Source of the DNA: Corallococcus sp.
GTDB taxonomy: Bacteria > Bacillota > Clostridia > Christensenellales > CAG-314
Direction of reading: 5' to 3'
Length of the DNA: 54,829 bases
Assembly: GCA_023667435.1 (NCBI GenBank)
Contig: JAMPAB010000004.1
Span: 1 to 54,829, forward strand
Shown here: positions 9,066 to 18,554 of the stretch, in pieces
How the letters are laid out: each line of letters opens with the position of its first letter
Position numbering within the stretch: the first letter of the stretch is position 1
Notes under the pieces: generated by a model
Seen by the model: the letters and a program-made list of their open reading frames with translations, nothing else
Database searches by the model: none
What the model was told of the DNA's origin: nothing
Program-made: the position numbers and the translations under genes

Positions 9066-9857
9066 TCAGTCGAGATTATCCGACGTAACGGGCGCAACGT
9101 AAAGGGGCGCGCCGTCCGATTCGGAATACGCCGAATCGCTGAAATTCTCGATATAACGAGTTAAATCGAACCGCGTCCACGGCTCTTTTTCGGGAGGGTA
9201 CGCGACGAATACCATACGTTCGCGACTTATAGGATGATTGAACTCCAGACGGTATGCCCACAACGCAAGATTATGTCCCTTGCACAGCGCGTCGCCTCCG
9301 TAACGTACGTCGCCGAATACCGGACAGTTTATAGCGGAAAGCTGGACGCGTATCTGATGGCTTCTGCCCGTGCCCAACTGCACCTTAATTAAGCTTACTA
9401 CGTCTTGATAATTTTCCAAAACCTCGTAGGAAAGTTCCGCGCGTTTTGCGTTGTGATCGCCGACTGTGGCAACGTAGACGGTGTTGGTCAACGAATTCTT
9501 TTTAAGGTAGTTGACAAGCGTCGCTTTGCGCTCTTTCGGGCAGTTGAGAGCTACTGTAAGATATTGCTTCGTCATCTCGCCGTCGACGATTTGCTTGCTT
9601 AATCTTTCGGCGGACTTACTGTTTTTGGCAAACACCATAACTCCGCCCGTAGGACGGTCCAGTCTGTGAACGAGTCCCAAATACGCGTTGCCCGACTTGC
9701 CGTACTTTTCCTTGATGTATTGCTTTAATAACGTAAGCAAATCGGTATCTCCGCTCGAATCCGCCTGAGAGGGAATATTCTGCGGTTTTACTACCACGAG
9801 AACGCTGTTGTCTTCGTGCAGAATCGTAATATCGTTTATTGTAAAATTTTTGGACAT
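9066..9857 (-). CDS. RluA family pseudouridine synthase (no S4 domain)
   Basis: Catalytic motif HRLDRPTGGVMVFAKN and GRSHQIRVQL. Confidence 0.85.
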   Translation of the reverse strand: MSKNFTINDITILHEDNSVLVVVKPQNIPSQADSSGDTDLLTLLKQYIKEKYGKSGNAYLGLVHRLDRPTGGVMVFAKNSKSAERLSKQIVDGEMTKQYLTVALNCPKERKATLVNYLKKNSLTNTVYVATVGDHNAKRAELSYEVLENYQDVVSLIKVQLGTGRSHQIRVQLSAINCPVFGDVRYGGDALCKGHNLALWAYRLEFNHPISRERMVFVAYPPEKEPWTRFDLTRYIENFSDSAYSESDGAPLYVAPVTSDNLD

Positions 9858-9925
9858 ATGGTTTGTGTTCCTTATTTAAATCTGTGAAATTGCCCTTGCC
9901 GTTTCTCGGCGCGGAGCATAGCGAA

Positions 9926-10192
9926 GTTACATACTTTGACAGCTTTAAAAGCGCAGTCGCGCAAAATATTTTTTATCTGTCTGTGGCGTCATAGATGGAC
10001 GCAGATACAAGGCAGGCGAGCACGAACGACACGAGTGTACTTTCCGTACACGACTGAGTTCACGCAAAACACGACGTAACAGAAACTCTTGATTACTTTG
10101 GAAGCGTAGTCGCGCAAAGAACAAGGCGGACGCGGATTTTGCGACAGGAACGTACTGCGCGTACGTGACTTAGCAAAAACGCAAGTCGAACG
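9926..10192. repeat. Two diverged tandem direct repeats (about 150 and 115 nt) in a non-coding spacer
   Basis: Shared blocks occur in the same order: ctttg..agcg(c/t)agtcgcgcaaa, ggacgc(a/g)gat, gcga(g/c)a..gaacg, a gtac...gtac palindrome, then gcaaaa(c)acg. Confidence 0.4.
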
Positions 10193-10195
10193 CAG

Positions 10196-11065
10196 TTATT
10201 TGCGATGAATACGGTTCCAAAGACCTGAGGCGCCGCAAGGAAGCACTACCCCCTCCTCGTCTGTAGGCAGGCAAACCTCGTAAGCGGAGACTTCGCCGTC
10301 GTTCGGCATTGTCAACGTTAAGAGATTTTGCAGTACGGCAGGCTGCAACCCCGTCGTATAGGAATTGAGCAAAACGAATAAAGCGTCGTCCGACAGCGCC
10401 TGCGAACAGAGTTTCAAAAAGTCGTAAATATCGCGTTCGATTTTCCATTCTTCGCCGCTTGCGCCGCGCCCGAAGCTGGGCGGATCGAGTATTATCGCGT
10501 CGTATCTATGCCCGCGTTTGATTTCTCTCGTTACGAACTTGCGGCAGTCGTCCACAATGTAGCGCACGGGTCTGTCGGACAAACCGGACAAAGCGACGTT
10601 TTCCTTAGCGGTTTCCACCATATTTTTTGCGGCGTCTACGTGGCATACGCTTGCCCTCGCCGACAGACACGCTACGGTCGCGCCGCCCGTATACGCAAAC
10701 AGATTGAGTACCGATACGGGACGGTTTGCCTGTTTAATAAGATCTATCATCATCGCCCAGTTTGCCGCCTGCTCGGGAAAAAGTCCCGTATGCTTGAAAT
10801 TCATAGGACGAACCGCGAAGGTCAAATTGCGCCAGCTTACGTTCCACCGTTCGGGAAGTTTTTTGTTGAATTCCCAACGTCCGCCGCCAGTTGACGAGCG
10901 GATATAGCGCGCGTCGGGTTTCTGAACAGACGTAAGCGGCCGTTCGGCGCGCCAGATGACCTGAGGGTCGGGGCGCAACAACGTTACGTCCTTCCAGCGT
11001 TCCAGTTTTTCGCCGTCGCCCGTCGCGATTATTTCGTAATCTTTCCATTCTGCGTTAATTTTCAT
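10196..11065 (-). CDS. Class I SAM-dependent methyltransferase (RlmI/RlmK-like)
   Basis: SAM-binding motifs VLNLFAYTGGATVA and AIILDPPSFGRG. Start taken at the ATG giving MKINAEW; the ORF track begins 2 codons earlier at a TTG. Confidence 0.8.
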   Translation of the reverse strand: MKINAEWKDYEIIATGDGEKLERWKDVTLLRPDPQVIWRAERPLTSVQKPDARYIRSSTGGGRWEFNKKLPERWNVSWRNLTFAVRPMNFKHTGLFPEQAANWAMMIDLIKQANRPVSVLNLFAYTGGATVACLSARASVCHVDAAKNMVETAKENVALSGLSDRPVRYIVDDCRKFVTREIKRGHRYDAIILDPPSFGRGASGEEWKIERDIYDFLKLCSQALSDDALFVLLNSYTTGLQPAVLQNLLTLTMPNDGEVSAYEVCLPTDEEGVVLPCGASGLWNRIHRK

Positions 11066-11132
11066 AGACAATTCAATTATATATTAAATCGCCGTTTTGT
11101 TCAACTGTTTGTTCGAATTTTCACAATCGCAT

Positions 11133-11297
11133 ATGCGCATACGTTCAAAAAAGAAAAATGCCGAGAAACTCGGCATCAACCCGTCTACGGTCAGTAAGTA
11201 TTTACGGTTAGATAAATTTCCTTCGTTGGATACGTTTGCAAATCTCTGTAAAATTTTGGACGTATCGGCGGACGACATTTTAGGACTTAATAAATAA
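11133..11297 (+). CDS. Short XRE-like HTH protein, possibly a remnant
   Basis: AEKLGINPSTVSKYLRLDKFPSLDTFANLCKILDVSADDILGL is the C-terminal two thirds of a Cro/C1 HTH. The first helix is missing. Confidence 0.4.
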   Translation: MRIRSKKKNAEKLGINPSTVSKYLRLDKFPSLDTFANLCKILDVSADDILGLNK

Positions 11298-11360
11298 AAC
11301 GAAGCGCACTTCCGAAACCAAAGACTTTCGGAAGCGCGCTTTTCAACAAAACACAAAGGC

Positions 11361-13505
11361 TTAACAAAACCGCAGTTCGCAGTTCATACGGTCCGCTACG
11401 CCGTACAGCGTTTGCTGCTGCGCCTTGCTCGGATTGTAATGGAAATCATACTTAACATCCGAAACACGCCCTTCTGCATCGAATGTGACGTGTATATATT
11501 TGTACGTCATTTTTTGCGCGCGCTTAGCTAAATTATCTATTTTTGTCTGTATCTTCTGCGCCGTTTCCAAATCGGGCGCGTTTTTCAGTTGGGTCAGCAG
11601 TTCTTCCGTTTCTTCCATAACTTTTAGATAGTTCGAACTGTAATACGACCAGCGATTGCCCGATTCGACGTCCGCTTTACCCAAAATTTGTTCTACGTTC
11701 AACATATTTCCGTATTTAATCGCCGACACTTTAGCTGTTTTAAAAGGATTTTTCTCGTCAACGGCAAAATACGTAATGCTGCCGACGAATATTATTGCAG
11801 CAAGAGTTAACGCGACCGCCATTTTAAATTTACCGACTTTTTTAATATGTTGGTCTTTGGCAATCAACGGCAAACCGTATTCCGCTCTTTTTAAAGATGC
11901 CGAGTAATAATTTTTATTTTGACGATACTTAGCGTACTGCTCCGCCTGCTCGCAAGCGGAATCCAGCGTCAACGACATTTCAAAGCTGCCCGTCGCGTAT
12001 CCCTTTTTGTTTATGCCGAAAGTTTTGATAAGGCTTCTGCACAGAGCCGTACCGTTTGCGCATACGACCAATTGAACAACGTACGATATCCACATCGGCA
12101 CAACCGCCACCCACGTCCTCGTCGCCGCAGCGCCTATTATGTGTCCAATTATAAGAATAACTATCGTAAGAACCAGATTTGCAACGGAAAACCGCTTATA
12201 TCTGAACAACGTAGTCGACTGTAAATATCCGTCGGTTAACTTGTTGTTTGCCTTAGGCAGTAAGTACAACCCAACCATTAGTATACCCACGCTGTGAGCG
12301 CTTACCGTATTCCATAGAATATTGATTTCGACATCAGACACATAATTACCATCGATCCACGCAAAAATACTTCTGGCAAGCCAAACGACCGCAAGCAGAA
12401 TGACCGTTGCTACCGCTCCTCTTTTCCGTTGCTTGTCGGCAAAGCCTTTCGCGCCGGATACGACGAAAAATATCAGCAAAAACCACAAAACTAGCGACGT
12501 CGTCTCGGTAACGAGATATATCCAAAAAGCGGTTTTGTCGACGGCAAAAGTTATCGCCCGCTCAATCAGATTTATCAACAGTCCCGTTATCGCGCCTATC
12601 GCCCATCCTATAATATTTCTGTCGTACGCTTTATCTAGAGCTTTATAAATTTTTATTTCGGTATGCTCTAATTCCGCAGGCGGAAATACGCTGTTTTCTT
12701 CCAAAATTTTTACCGCTTTTTCTCTGCGCTCCGCTTTAATTTGCCTACGCTGTTCGATACGTTCGAGTTGAAGCTGTCTTTGAGCGTCGATAGCGTCTTG
12801 ATATGCGGCGATTTTGCGCGTTAACACAACGTCGGAAATAACTGCGGCAAGCGAAAATACGAGAAAAACAACGGAAAACGCAATAATCACTCCTGCGAAC
12901 GCTTCGCTTTCCGCCCCTATTTCCTTTGTCTTTGCCATCGTTTCGCCGCCTAAAACTATAAACGGAATGTAAAGCAAACATCCGCAGGCGGAAAGTATCT
13001 GCGTCAAAGTAGCTTTGCCTGCTTTAACGTGAGACGTGGCAGGCGCAAAAATCAATACGATTGCGACAACAGCATAAGCGACGCCGATGACCGCAAACGC
13101 CAACGAGGACTGCGCTATCGGCAGATAATCGTCGATCGTGCCGTTTATCGTCGTATACACGTTACCTAAACTTATGCCGAAGAAGTTTGCAAACGGCGCG
13201 GCAAAAAAAGCCCACGTAAGCAGCGAAAACAACGCGAAAATGAAAATACTCAGCTTAGGCAATACTTTCGACATTATATTCCAAAAGTCGGGCATATCTG
13301 CCGAAGAGACGTAACTCCGCGTCTTCTTTTTGACTGCGCTTTTTTCTTCGGAATCGAAGGCGTATCCGCAATAATTGCAAAATTTTACGTTACCGTCCAC
13401 CGTTGCGTGACAATCTGGACAGACCTTTTCTTTTACGTACTTAGTGCCGCATTGCGGACAAAACGCTCCTTCGAATTCGTTTCCGCATTTAAAACATTTG
13501 TTCAT
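11361..13505 (-). CDS. Double zinc-ribbon polytopic membrane protein (hypothetical)
   Basis: 714 aa. N-terminus CFKCGNEFEGAFCPQCG..CPDCHATVDGNVKFCNYCG, at least 10 TM helices, a coiled-coil segment and a soluble C-terminal domain. AGGAGG Shine-Dalgarno. Confidence 0.8.
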   Translation of the reverse strand: MNKCFKCGNEFEGAFCPQCGTKYVKEKVCPDCHATVDGNVKFCNYCGYAFDSEEKSAVKKKTRSYVSSADMPDFWNIMSKVLPKLSIFIFALFSLLTWAFFAAPFANFFGISLGNVYTTINGTIDDYLPIAQSSLAFAVIGVAYAVVAIVLIFAPATSHVKAGKATLTQILSACGCLLYIPFIVLGGETMAKTKEIGAESEAFAGVIIAFSVVFLVFSLAAVISDVVLTRKIAAYQDAIDAQRQLQLERIEQRRQIKAERREKAVKILEENSVFPPAELEHTEIKIYKALDKAYDRNIIGWAIGAITGLLINLIERAITFAVDKTAFWIYLVTETTSLVLWFLLIFFVVSGAKGFADKQRKRGAVATVILLAVVWLARSIFAWIDGNYVSDVEINILWNTVSAHSVGILMVGLYLLPKANNKLTDGYLQSTTLFRYKRFSVANLVLTIVILIIGHIIGAAATRTWVAVVPMWISYVVQLVVCANGTALCRSLIKTFGINKKGYATGSFEMSLTLDSACEQAEQYAKYRQNKNYYSASLKRAEYGLPLIAKDQHIKKVGKFKMAVALTLAAIIFVGSITYFAVDEKNPFKTAKVSAIKYGNMLNVEQILGKADVESGNRWSYYSSNYLKVMEETEELLTQLKNAPDLETAQKIQTKIDNLAKRAQKMTYKYIHVTFDAEGRVSDVKYDFHYNPSKAQQQTLYGVADRMNCELRFC

Positions 13506-13525
13506 TTCTTCTTCCTCCTAAGCTC

Positions 13526-13578
13526 TTGCACTTATATAAGTGCAAAATCAGTATAGTATTAGTACATAATAATGTCAA
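13526..13578 (-). promoter_or_regulatory. Near-consensus promoter of the zinc-ribbon membrane gene with a 20-bp perfect palindromic operator at about +1
   Basis: Minus strand TTGACA (13573-13578), 17-nt spacer, TATACT (13550-13555). Palindrome TTGCACTTATATAAGTGCAA at 13526-13545. An extra half-site TTGCACTTATA at 13584-13594. Confidence 0.6.
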
Positions 13579-13615
13579 GCGTTTTGCACTTATACGGGAG
13601 CAACAGGGAGATATT

Positions 13616-13855
13616 ATGAATCCGAAACTGGAAAAAAAGGTAGGAGAAAACATACGGCTGTTAAGAGAGAAAACGGGGATGACGCAGGACGCGCTTGCGG
13701 CAAAATTACAGCTTAACGGATGCGATATTACGCGCAGCGCCGTCGCTAAAATCGAGGTGGGTCAACGGCATTTGTATCCGGACGAAATAATATTGATAAA
13801 ACGTATTTTGGAAGCGGACTACGAAGATATTTTTAACGTAGACAATCAGTTATAA
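13616..13855 (+). CDS. XRE family HTH transcriptional regulator
   Basis: NIRLLREKTGMTQDALAAKLQLNGCDITRSAVAKIEVGQR. ATG 13616 is preceded by AGGGAG. Confidence 0.85.
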   Translation: MNPKLEKKVGENIRLLREKTGMTQDALAAKLQLNGCDITRSAVAKIEVGQRHLYPDEIILIKRILEADYEDIFNVDNQL

Positions 13856-13911
13856 TAACCGCGCTTAATATGCGCGCTCAATTTTTGGACGACTGCAAAT
13901 AATTTCATATA

Positions 13912-13950
13912 CAAACACGCAGCTTGCAACATATGCGAGCTGCGTGTTTG
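13912..13950. terminator. Bidirectional intrinsic terminator
   Basis: Perfect 13-bp stem CAAACACGCAGCT...AGCTGCGTGTTTG between the convergent XRE and serpin genes. Confidence 0.8.
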
Positions 13951-13972
13951 CATACAATACCGTTTAACAATA

Positions 13973-15295
13973 TCAGACGTTGTTTACCAGGCCCGAGAAC
14001 AGCATTACGTCCTGCGAATCGGTAATTATAAATCCGAACGCCTTATTTACTACAAAGTCCTGCCGCACAATCTTTGCGGGAGGCATAGCCGTCGCGGCGT
14101 CTATTCCTATAACCGTTACTGCGGCGCCCTCGATACCTTTCCTGTTGACGTTGAGGTCCGTTACGTGACGGATTTTGGCGCAATAACACTCCTCGTCCGA
14201 AAGAGCGGAGAAGTCGCACGCGGGGCTGTATTTGCCGGGATCCTTGAAGAACAGATCGATACCGAACTTGTCGCAAAGCACGTCTTTTATATCCCCGTCG
14301 TAAGCGCATTTGTATTCGGGAAACAGTACGCGCGTATAGTAGCCCGTGTTTTCCGCCTCGTCCAAGTAGGAATAGTCCGAAACGGAATTGACCGCGTTGA
14401 TATTCTGCGAGGTAAAGACTTGCTCGATCGTATTACCGTCCTTAGGCAAAATGAATTTGATTTTGTATCCGTCGTAGGTTGCGGTATAAAACGTCGAGTA
14501 CGTATCGAATTCCACAGCTCTGCCGCGAATGTAATCTCCTTGCAGAAGTTGAACGTTTTTAACCGAACCGTCTTTCGCGGTAAAATCGTACATACCGTCG
14601 GCAAACGGCAAATCTCTGCCGCTGTCATTCCATATCGTTTTGAGATAGAGCGAATTGATCAACGCGAACAAAGTTCTGTCGGACAACTCGAAATCTTTAT
14701 CGATAAGACCGTTGGTCTGTTCCTTTACGAAGGCGCGCACAGCCTTGTTTGCTTCCGCATTGTTATTTTTGAAATCGGCGGAATACGAATACGCATAGAA
14801 ATCGTCGGACAGCGAACGTATACAATCCTGCTTTACGCCCGTTCCGTCGTTTACCCAAACGGAATTCGACAGTTTAACCAAGCCCGTCGTTTGCTCTACC
14901 GCAAGCGAACGGTACAAGGTGGAAAAATGCGTTTGAAGCTGCTCGAACGTAACGCCGAGTGCGTCGAGAAGTTGAGCGCGCGTATCGCCGTTTGCGCATT
15001 GCGAAGCCAGCGCGAGAGCCATATATACCGATATCGGCGACACGGCGAAATTATCCTGTTTGTCGTAATCGGCGTACGAATAAGCGGCGAAATCCGAAGC
15101 AAACGCTTCGACGCTGTTTTTGAAAGCTTTGTAACCGTCGGTATAAAGATCCGCGTACTTGACCCTTTCGACGGTCTTAGGTTCGCCCAAAAGCTCGCTT
15201 TGTCCTACGGTAACGTCGTTAACGCAAGCCGAAAAAGAAATTATACAAATCATAGCGCAAATAATAACTGCGACTAGTCGGAATTTGACTTTCAT
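13973..15295 (-). CDS. Serpin family protease inhibitor, predicted lipoprotein
   Basis: Lipobox ISFSAC. Serpin core NSLYLKTIWN. Reactive-centre-loop hinge GIEGAAVTVIG followed by VNKAFGFIITD. GGAGG Shine-Dalgarno. Confidence 0.85.
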   Translation of the reverse strand: MKVKFRLVAVIICAMICIISFSACVNDVTVGQSELLGEPKTVERVKYADLYTDGYKAFKNSVEAFASDFAAYSYADYDKQDNFAVSPISVYMALALASQCANGDTRAQLLDALGVTFEQLQTHFSTLYRSLAVEQTTGLVKLSNSVWVNDGTGVKQDCIRSLSDDFYAYSYSADFKNNNAEANKAVRAFVKEQTNGLIDKDFELSDRTLFALINSLYLKTIWNDSGRDLPFADGMYDFTAKDGSVKNVQLLQGDYIRGRAVEFDTYSTFYTATYDGYKIKFILPKDGNTIEQVFTSQNINAVNSVSDYSYLDEAENTGYYTRVLFPEYKCAYDGDIKDVLCDKFGIDLFFKDPGKYSPACDFSALSDEECYCAKIRHVTDLNVNRKGIEGAAVTVIGIDAATAMPPAKIVRQDFVVNKAFGFIITDSQDVMLFSGLVNNV

Positions 15296-15431
15296 TTGAA
15301 TCTTCCTCCGTATATTAAACGAATTAAAACGCCGTTTTACTCACGGAAATCACATTTAAAGCAGATTTTTTAACAGACTGCTTTGCCGAACCCGCCTTAT
15401 TGCATAACTGCAGTAAGACGGGTTTTAAATT

Positions 15432-18400
15432 TTAAGCTTTTGTAAGATACAGCGTAAACTTTTCGCCGTTTACGTCCCAAACCTTTTCAAACGCGCCGCT
15501 TGCGCCTTCGCTTACATCGTCGGCGAGCGTGCCCTGCGCGATTTCGTCGGAGTAATCGGCAAATACTTTTTTAAGCAATCCCTCCGCTTTGTAACCGATA
15601 ATTATATGATCCGTCACCACAAAGTCGCACTCTTTGCGCATCGTCTGTACTTTCGAAACGATTTCGCGCACAAGTCCTTCTTCGACGAGCTTGTCCGTCA
15701 ACTGCACGTCGAGCGCTACCGTATCTCCGCGATCGGAAACGACGGAATATCCCTCTTTGTTTTTGGAAGAGATCAACAGGTCGTCTTCCTGCACCTCCAC
15801 TTTGTTTCCGTCGAAATCGAACACGTGCTTTCCGCCGTTTTTGACGTTTTCCACCACTTCGCGCGCCTTAGCGCCGAGATTTGCAAACCGCTCGCGTATA
15901 AGACCTATCAGTTTGCCGTATTTGGGACCCATAGTTTTCAACTGCGGTTTGATGTCGTAATCTGCAAATTCGTCCGCGCTGTCAACTCTGACCAGTTCCT
16001 TGACGTTAAGTTCGTTTTTGACTATTTCCGTCATATCGGAATTGAGCTCGCCCTGCGTTGCCACAAACATTTTGGAAAGAGGCTGGCGGTTTTTGACGTT
16101 TGCGGCGTTACGCGCGCTTCTGCCCAAAACCACGATATCGAGCACCTTTTCCATCATCTTGTTAAGGTTTTTGTCGATACGTTTTTTGTCCGCTACGGGG
16201 AAGTCGCACAAATGAACGGATTTCGGCGCGTCGGCGAAACAGTTGGCGGTAATATTTTGATAGATACTTTCCGTAATAAACGGCACGAACGGCGCGGAAA
16301 TCTTTACCAACGTATCGAGAACGGTATACAGCGTCATATACGCCGCCTGTTTGTCTGCAGTCCATTCCGATCCCCAGTAACGTTCGCGGCATCGGCGCAC
16401 GTACCAGTTAGAAAGCATATCGGTAAATTTTTCGATAGCCCTTGCGGTATCGGTTATTTCGTAATTGCTCAACCCCTTATCTACCGTTTCCGCAAGCTGA
16501 TTGACTTCGGACAGAATCCACTTGTCCATAAGCGTCAATTTGCATTTTTTAAGATCGTACTTCGAGGGATCGAAGTCGTCGATATCCGCATAAAGCACGT
16601 AAAACGCGTAGGTGTTCCACAGCGTTCCCAAAAACTTACGCTGCATTTCCGAAACCGCTTCGGAATAGAACCTGCTGGGCAGGTACGGGGCCGAAGCCGT
16701 ATAGAAATACCAACGCACGGCGTCCGCGCCTTGTTTGTTGAAACTGTCCCACGGATCCACTACGTTTCCTTTGTGTTTGCTCATTTTTACGCCGTGTTCG
16801 TCGCCGACAAGCCCCAGCACGATACAGTTTTTGAACGGAGCTTTGCCGAACAGTATAGTGTTTACGGCAAGCAATACGTAGAACCAACCGCGCGTTTGAT
16901 CCACCGCTTCGGAAATGAAATCGGCGGGGAAGTTCTTTTCGAATAAATCTTTGTTTTCGAACGGATAATGGAATTGCGCGTAAGGCATCGAGCCGGAGTC
17001 GAACCAGCAGTCGATAACCTCAGGCGTACGGACGTATTCTCCGCCGCATTCGCATTTCCACTTGCAGCCGTCTATAAACGGACGGTGAAGCTCGACGTCT
17101 TCGCTGCAACCGCATTTTTCCGCCAGTTCCTTTCTGCTGCCTATAACGTGTACTTTGCCGCATTTGTTACACACCCACACGGGCAAAGGAGTACCCCAGT
17201 ATCTGTCGCGGGAAATACCCCAGTCGATAACGTTTTCGAGGAAGTTGCCCATACGTCCCGAACCTATCGTAGGAGGAATCCAGTTGACGGACGCGTTGGC
17301 CTTTAACAGTTGATCGCGTACGGCAGTCATTTTAACGAACCAAGACTTACGCGCGTAGTAGATTAACGGAGTGTCGCAACGCCAACAGTGCGGATAACTG
17401 TGCTCGTACATAAGCTCTGCAAACAGCAAGCCGCGTTGTTTGAGATCGGCAAGAATAAGCTTGTCCGCCTGTTTACAGAAAACGCCCGTAAGAGCGTCGC
17501 AGCCGTCAACAAACTTGCCGTCCTCGCCCACAAGCTGAACGAGAGGAAGATTGTACCGTCTGCCGACGTTTGCGTCGTCTTCGCCGAATGCGGGCGCTAT
17601 ATGCACTATGCCCGTTCCGTCAGTAAGCGTTACGTAGTCGTCGTTAGTTACATAGTAGCAGTCGTCCTGCGTTTTTGCGTAAGCAAACAGCGGTTTGTAA
17701 TGTACGCGCTCGTACGCGGAACCTTTCTTGACGTCCAGTATTTCGTAGGTTCCCTCTTCGAAATGCTTGCTTATAAGCTCTTTTGCAAGAATATACTTTA
17801 CTCCGTCAAAAAGAATCGTTGCGTAATCGTAGTTAGCGTTCATACAGAGAGCAACGTTGGACGGCAACGTCCACGGAGTAGTAGTCCAGGCAAGAAAATA
17901 CGTGTCGGGACAGTCGGTAAGTTGGAACTTTGCAACTGCGGATTTTTCCTTGACGTCCTTATAGCCTTGCGCCACTTCGTGACTTGACAAAGCCGTTCCG
18001 CAACGGGGGCAATACGGTACGATTTTAAATCCCTTATACAGCAGACCTTTTTCGTGAATTGTTTTTAGCGCCCACCATTCCGATTCGATATAATCGTTAT
18101 CGTACGTCACGTACGGGTGTTCCATATCCGCCCAGTATGCCACGCGATCGGACAGAGCTTCCCATTCGCCCTTGTACTTCCAAACGGATTCCTTGCACTT
18201 TTTAACAAACGGTTCGATGCCGTATTCCTCTATTTGTTTTTTACCGTCTATGCCGAGCAGTTTTTCCACTTCCAACTCGACGGGCAAACCGTGCGTATCC
18301 CAACCCGCTTTGCGTAAAACTTTGAATCCCTTCATTACCCGATAACGGGGAATAAGGTCCTTTATAGAACGCGTTAAAACGTGTCCGATATGCGGTTTGC

Positions 18401-18554
18401 CGTTGGCGGTAGGCGGACCGTCGTAAAACGTAAAGGACTTGTCGCCCTTTGCCGCAGTCTGTTCGAAAATTTTGTTTTCTTTCCAAAATTTCAACACTTC
18501 CAGTTCGCGGTCTACAAAGTTGAGAGAACTGTCTACCTTTTTGTATTTGCTCAT
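15432..18554 (-). CDS. ileS: Isoleucine--tRNA ligase, long (type 2-like) form, 1040 aa
   Basis: HIGH motif PHIGHVLTRS and KMSKS motif KMSKHKGN. Start taken at MSKYKKVD (ATG 18552-18554) after AGGAGG. The track ORF extends spuriously into the leader. Confidence 0.95.
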   Translation of the reverse strand: MSKYKKVDSSLNFVDRELEVLKFWKENKIFEQTAAKGDKSFTFYDGPPTANGKPHIGHVLTRSIKDLIPRYRVMKGFKVLRKAGWDTHGLPVELEVEKLLGIDGKKQIEEYGIEPFVKKCKESVWKYKGEWEALSDRVAYWADMEHPYVTYDNDYIESEWWALKTIHEKGLLYKGFKIVPYCPRCGTALSSHEVAQGYKDVKEKSAVAKFQLTDCPDTYFLAWTTTPWTLPSNVALCMNANYDYATILFDGVKYILAKELISKHFEEGTYEILDVKKGSAYERVHYKPLFAYAKTQDDCYYVTNDDYVTLTDGTGIVHIAPAFGEDDANVGRRYNLPLVQLVGEDGKFVDGCDALTGVFCKQADKLILADLKQRGLLFAELMYEHSYPHCWRCDTPLIYYARKSWFVKMTAVRDQLLKANASVNWIPPTIGSGRMGNFLENVIDWGISRDRYWGTPLPVWVCNKCGKVHVIGSRKELAEKCGCSEDVELHRPFIDGCKWKCECGGEYVRTPEVIDCWFDSGSMPYAQFHYPFENKDLFEKNFPADFISEAVDQTRGWFYVLLAVNTILFGKAPFKNCIVLGLVGDEHGVKMSKHKGNVVDPWDSFNKQGADAVRWYFYTASAPYLPSRFYSEAVSEMQRKFLGTLWNTYAFYVLYADIDDFDPSKYDLKKCKLTLMDKWILSEVNQLAETVDKGLSNYEITDTARAIEKFTDMLSNWYVRRCRERYWGSEWTADKQAAYMTLYTVLDTLVKISAPFVPFITESIYQNITANCFADAPKSVHLCDFPVADKKRIDKNLNKMMEKVLDIVVLGRSARNAANVKNRQPLSKMFVATQGELNSDMTEIVKNELNVKELVRVDSADEFADYDIKPQLKTMGPKYGKLIGLIRERFANLGAKAREVVENVKNGGKHVFDFDGNKVEVQEDDLLISSKNKEGYSVVSDRGDTVALDVQLTDKLVEEGLVREIVSKVQTMRKECDFVVTDHIIIGYKAEGLLKKVFADYSDEIAQGTLADDVSEGASGAFEKVWDVNGEKFTLYLTKA

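Noticed and set aside
15296-15431. Two hairpins downstream of ileS (AACCCGTCTTA...TAAGGCGGGTT and AAAGCAG...CTGCTTT) as terminators.
   Set aside because: Neither is followed by a proper T run on the ileS strand. They may still act as weak terminators, but I did not list them as features.
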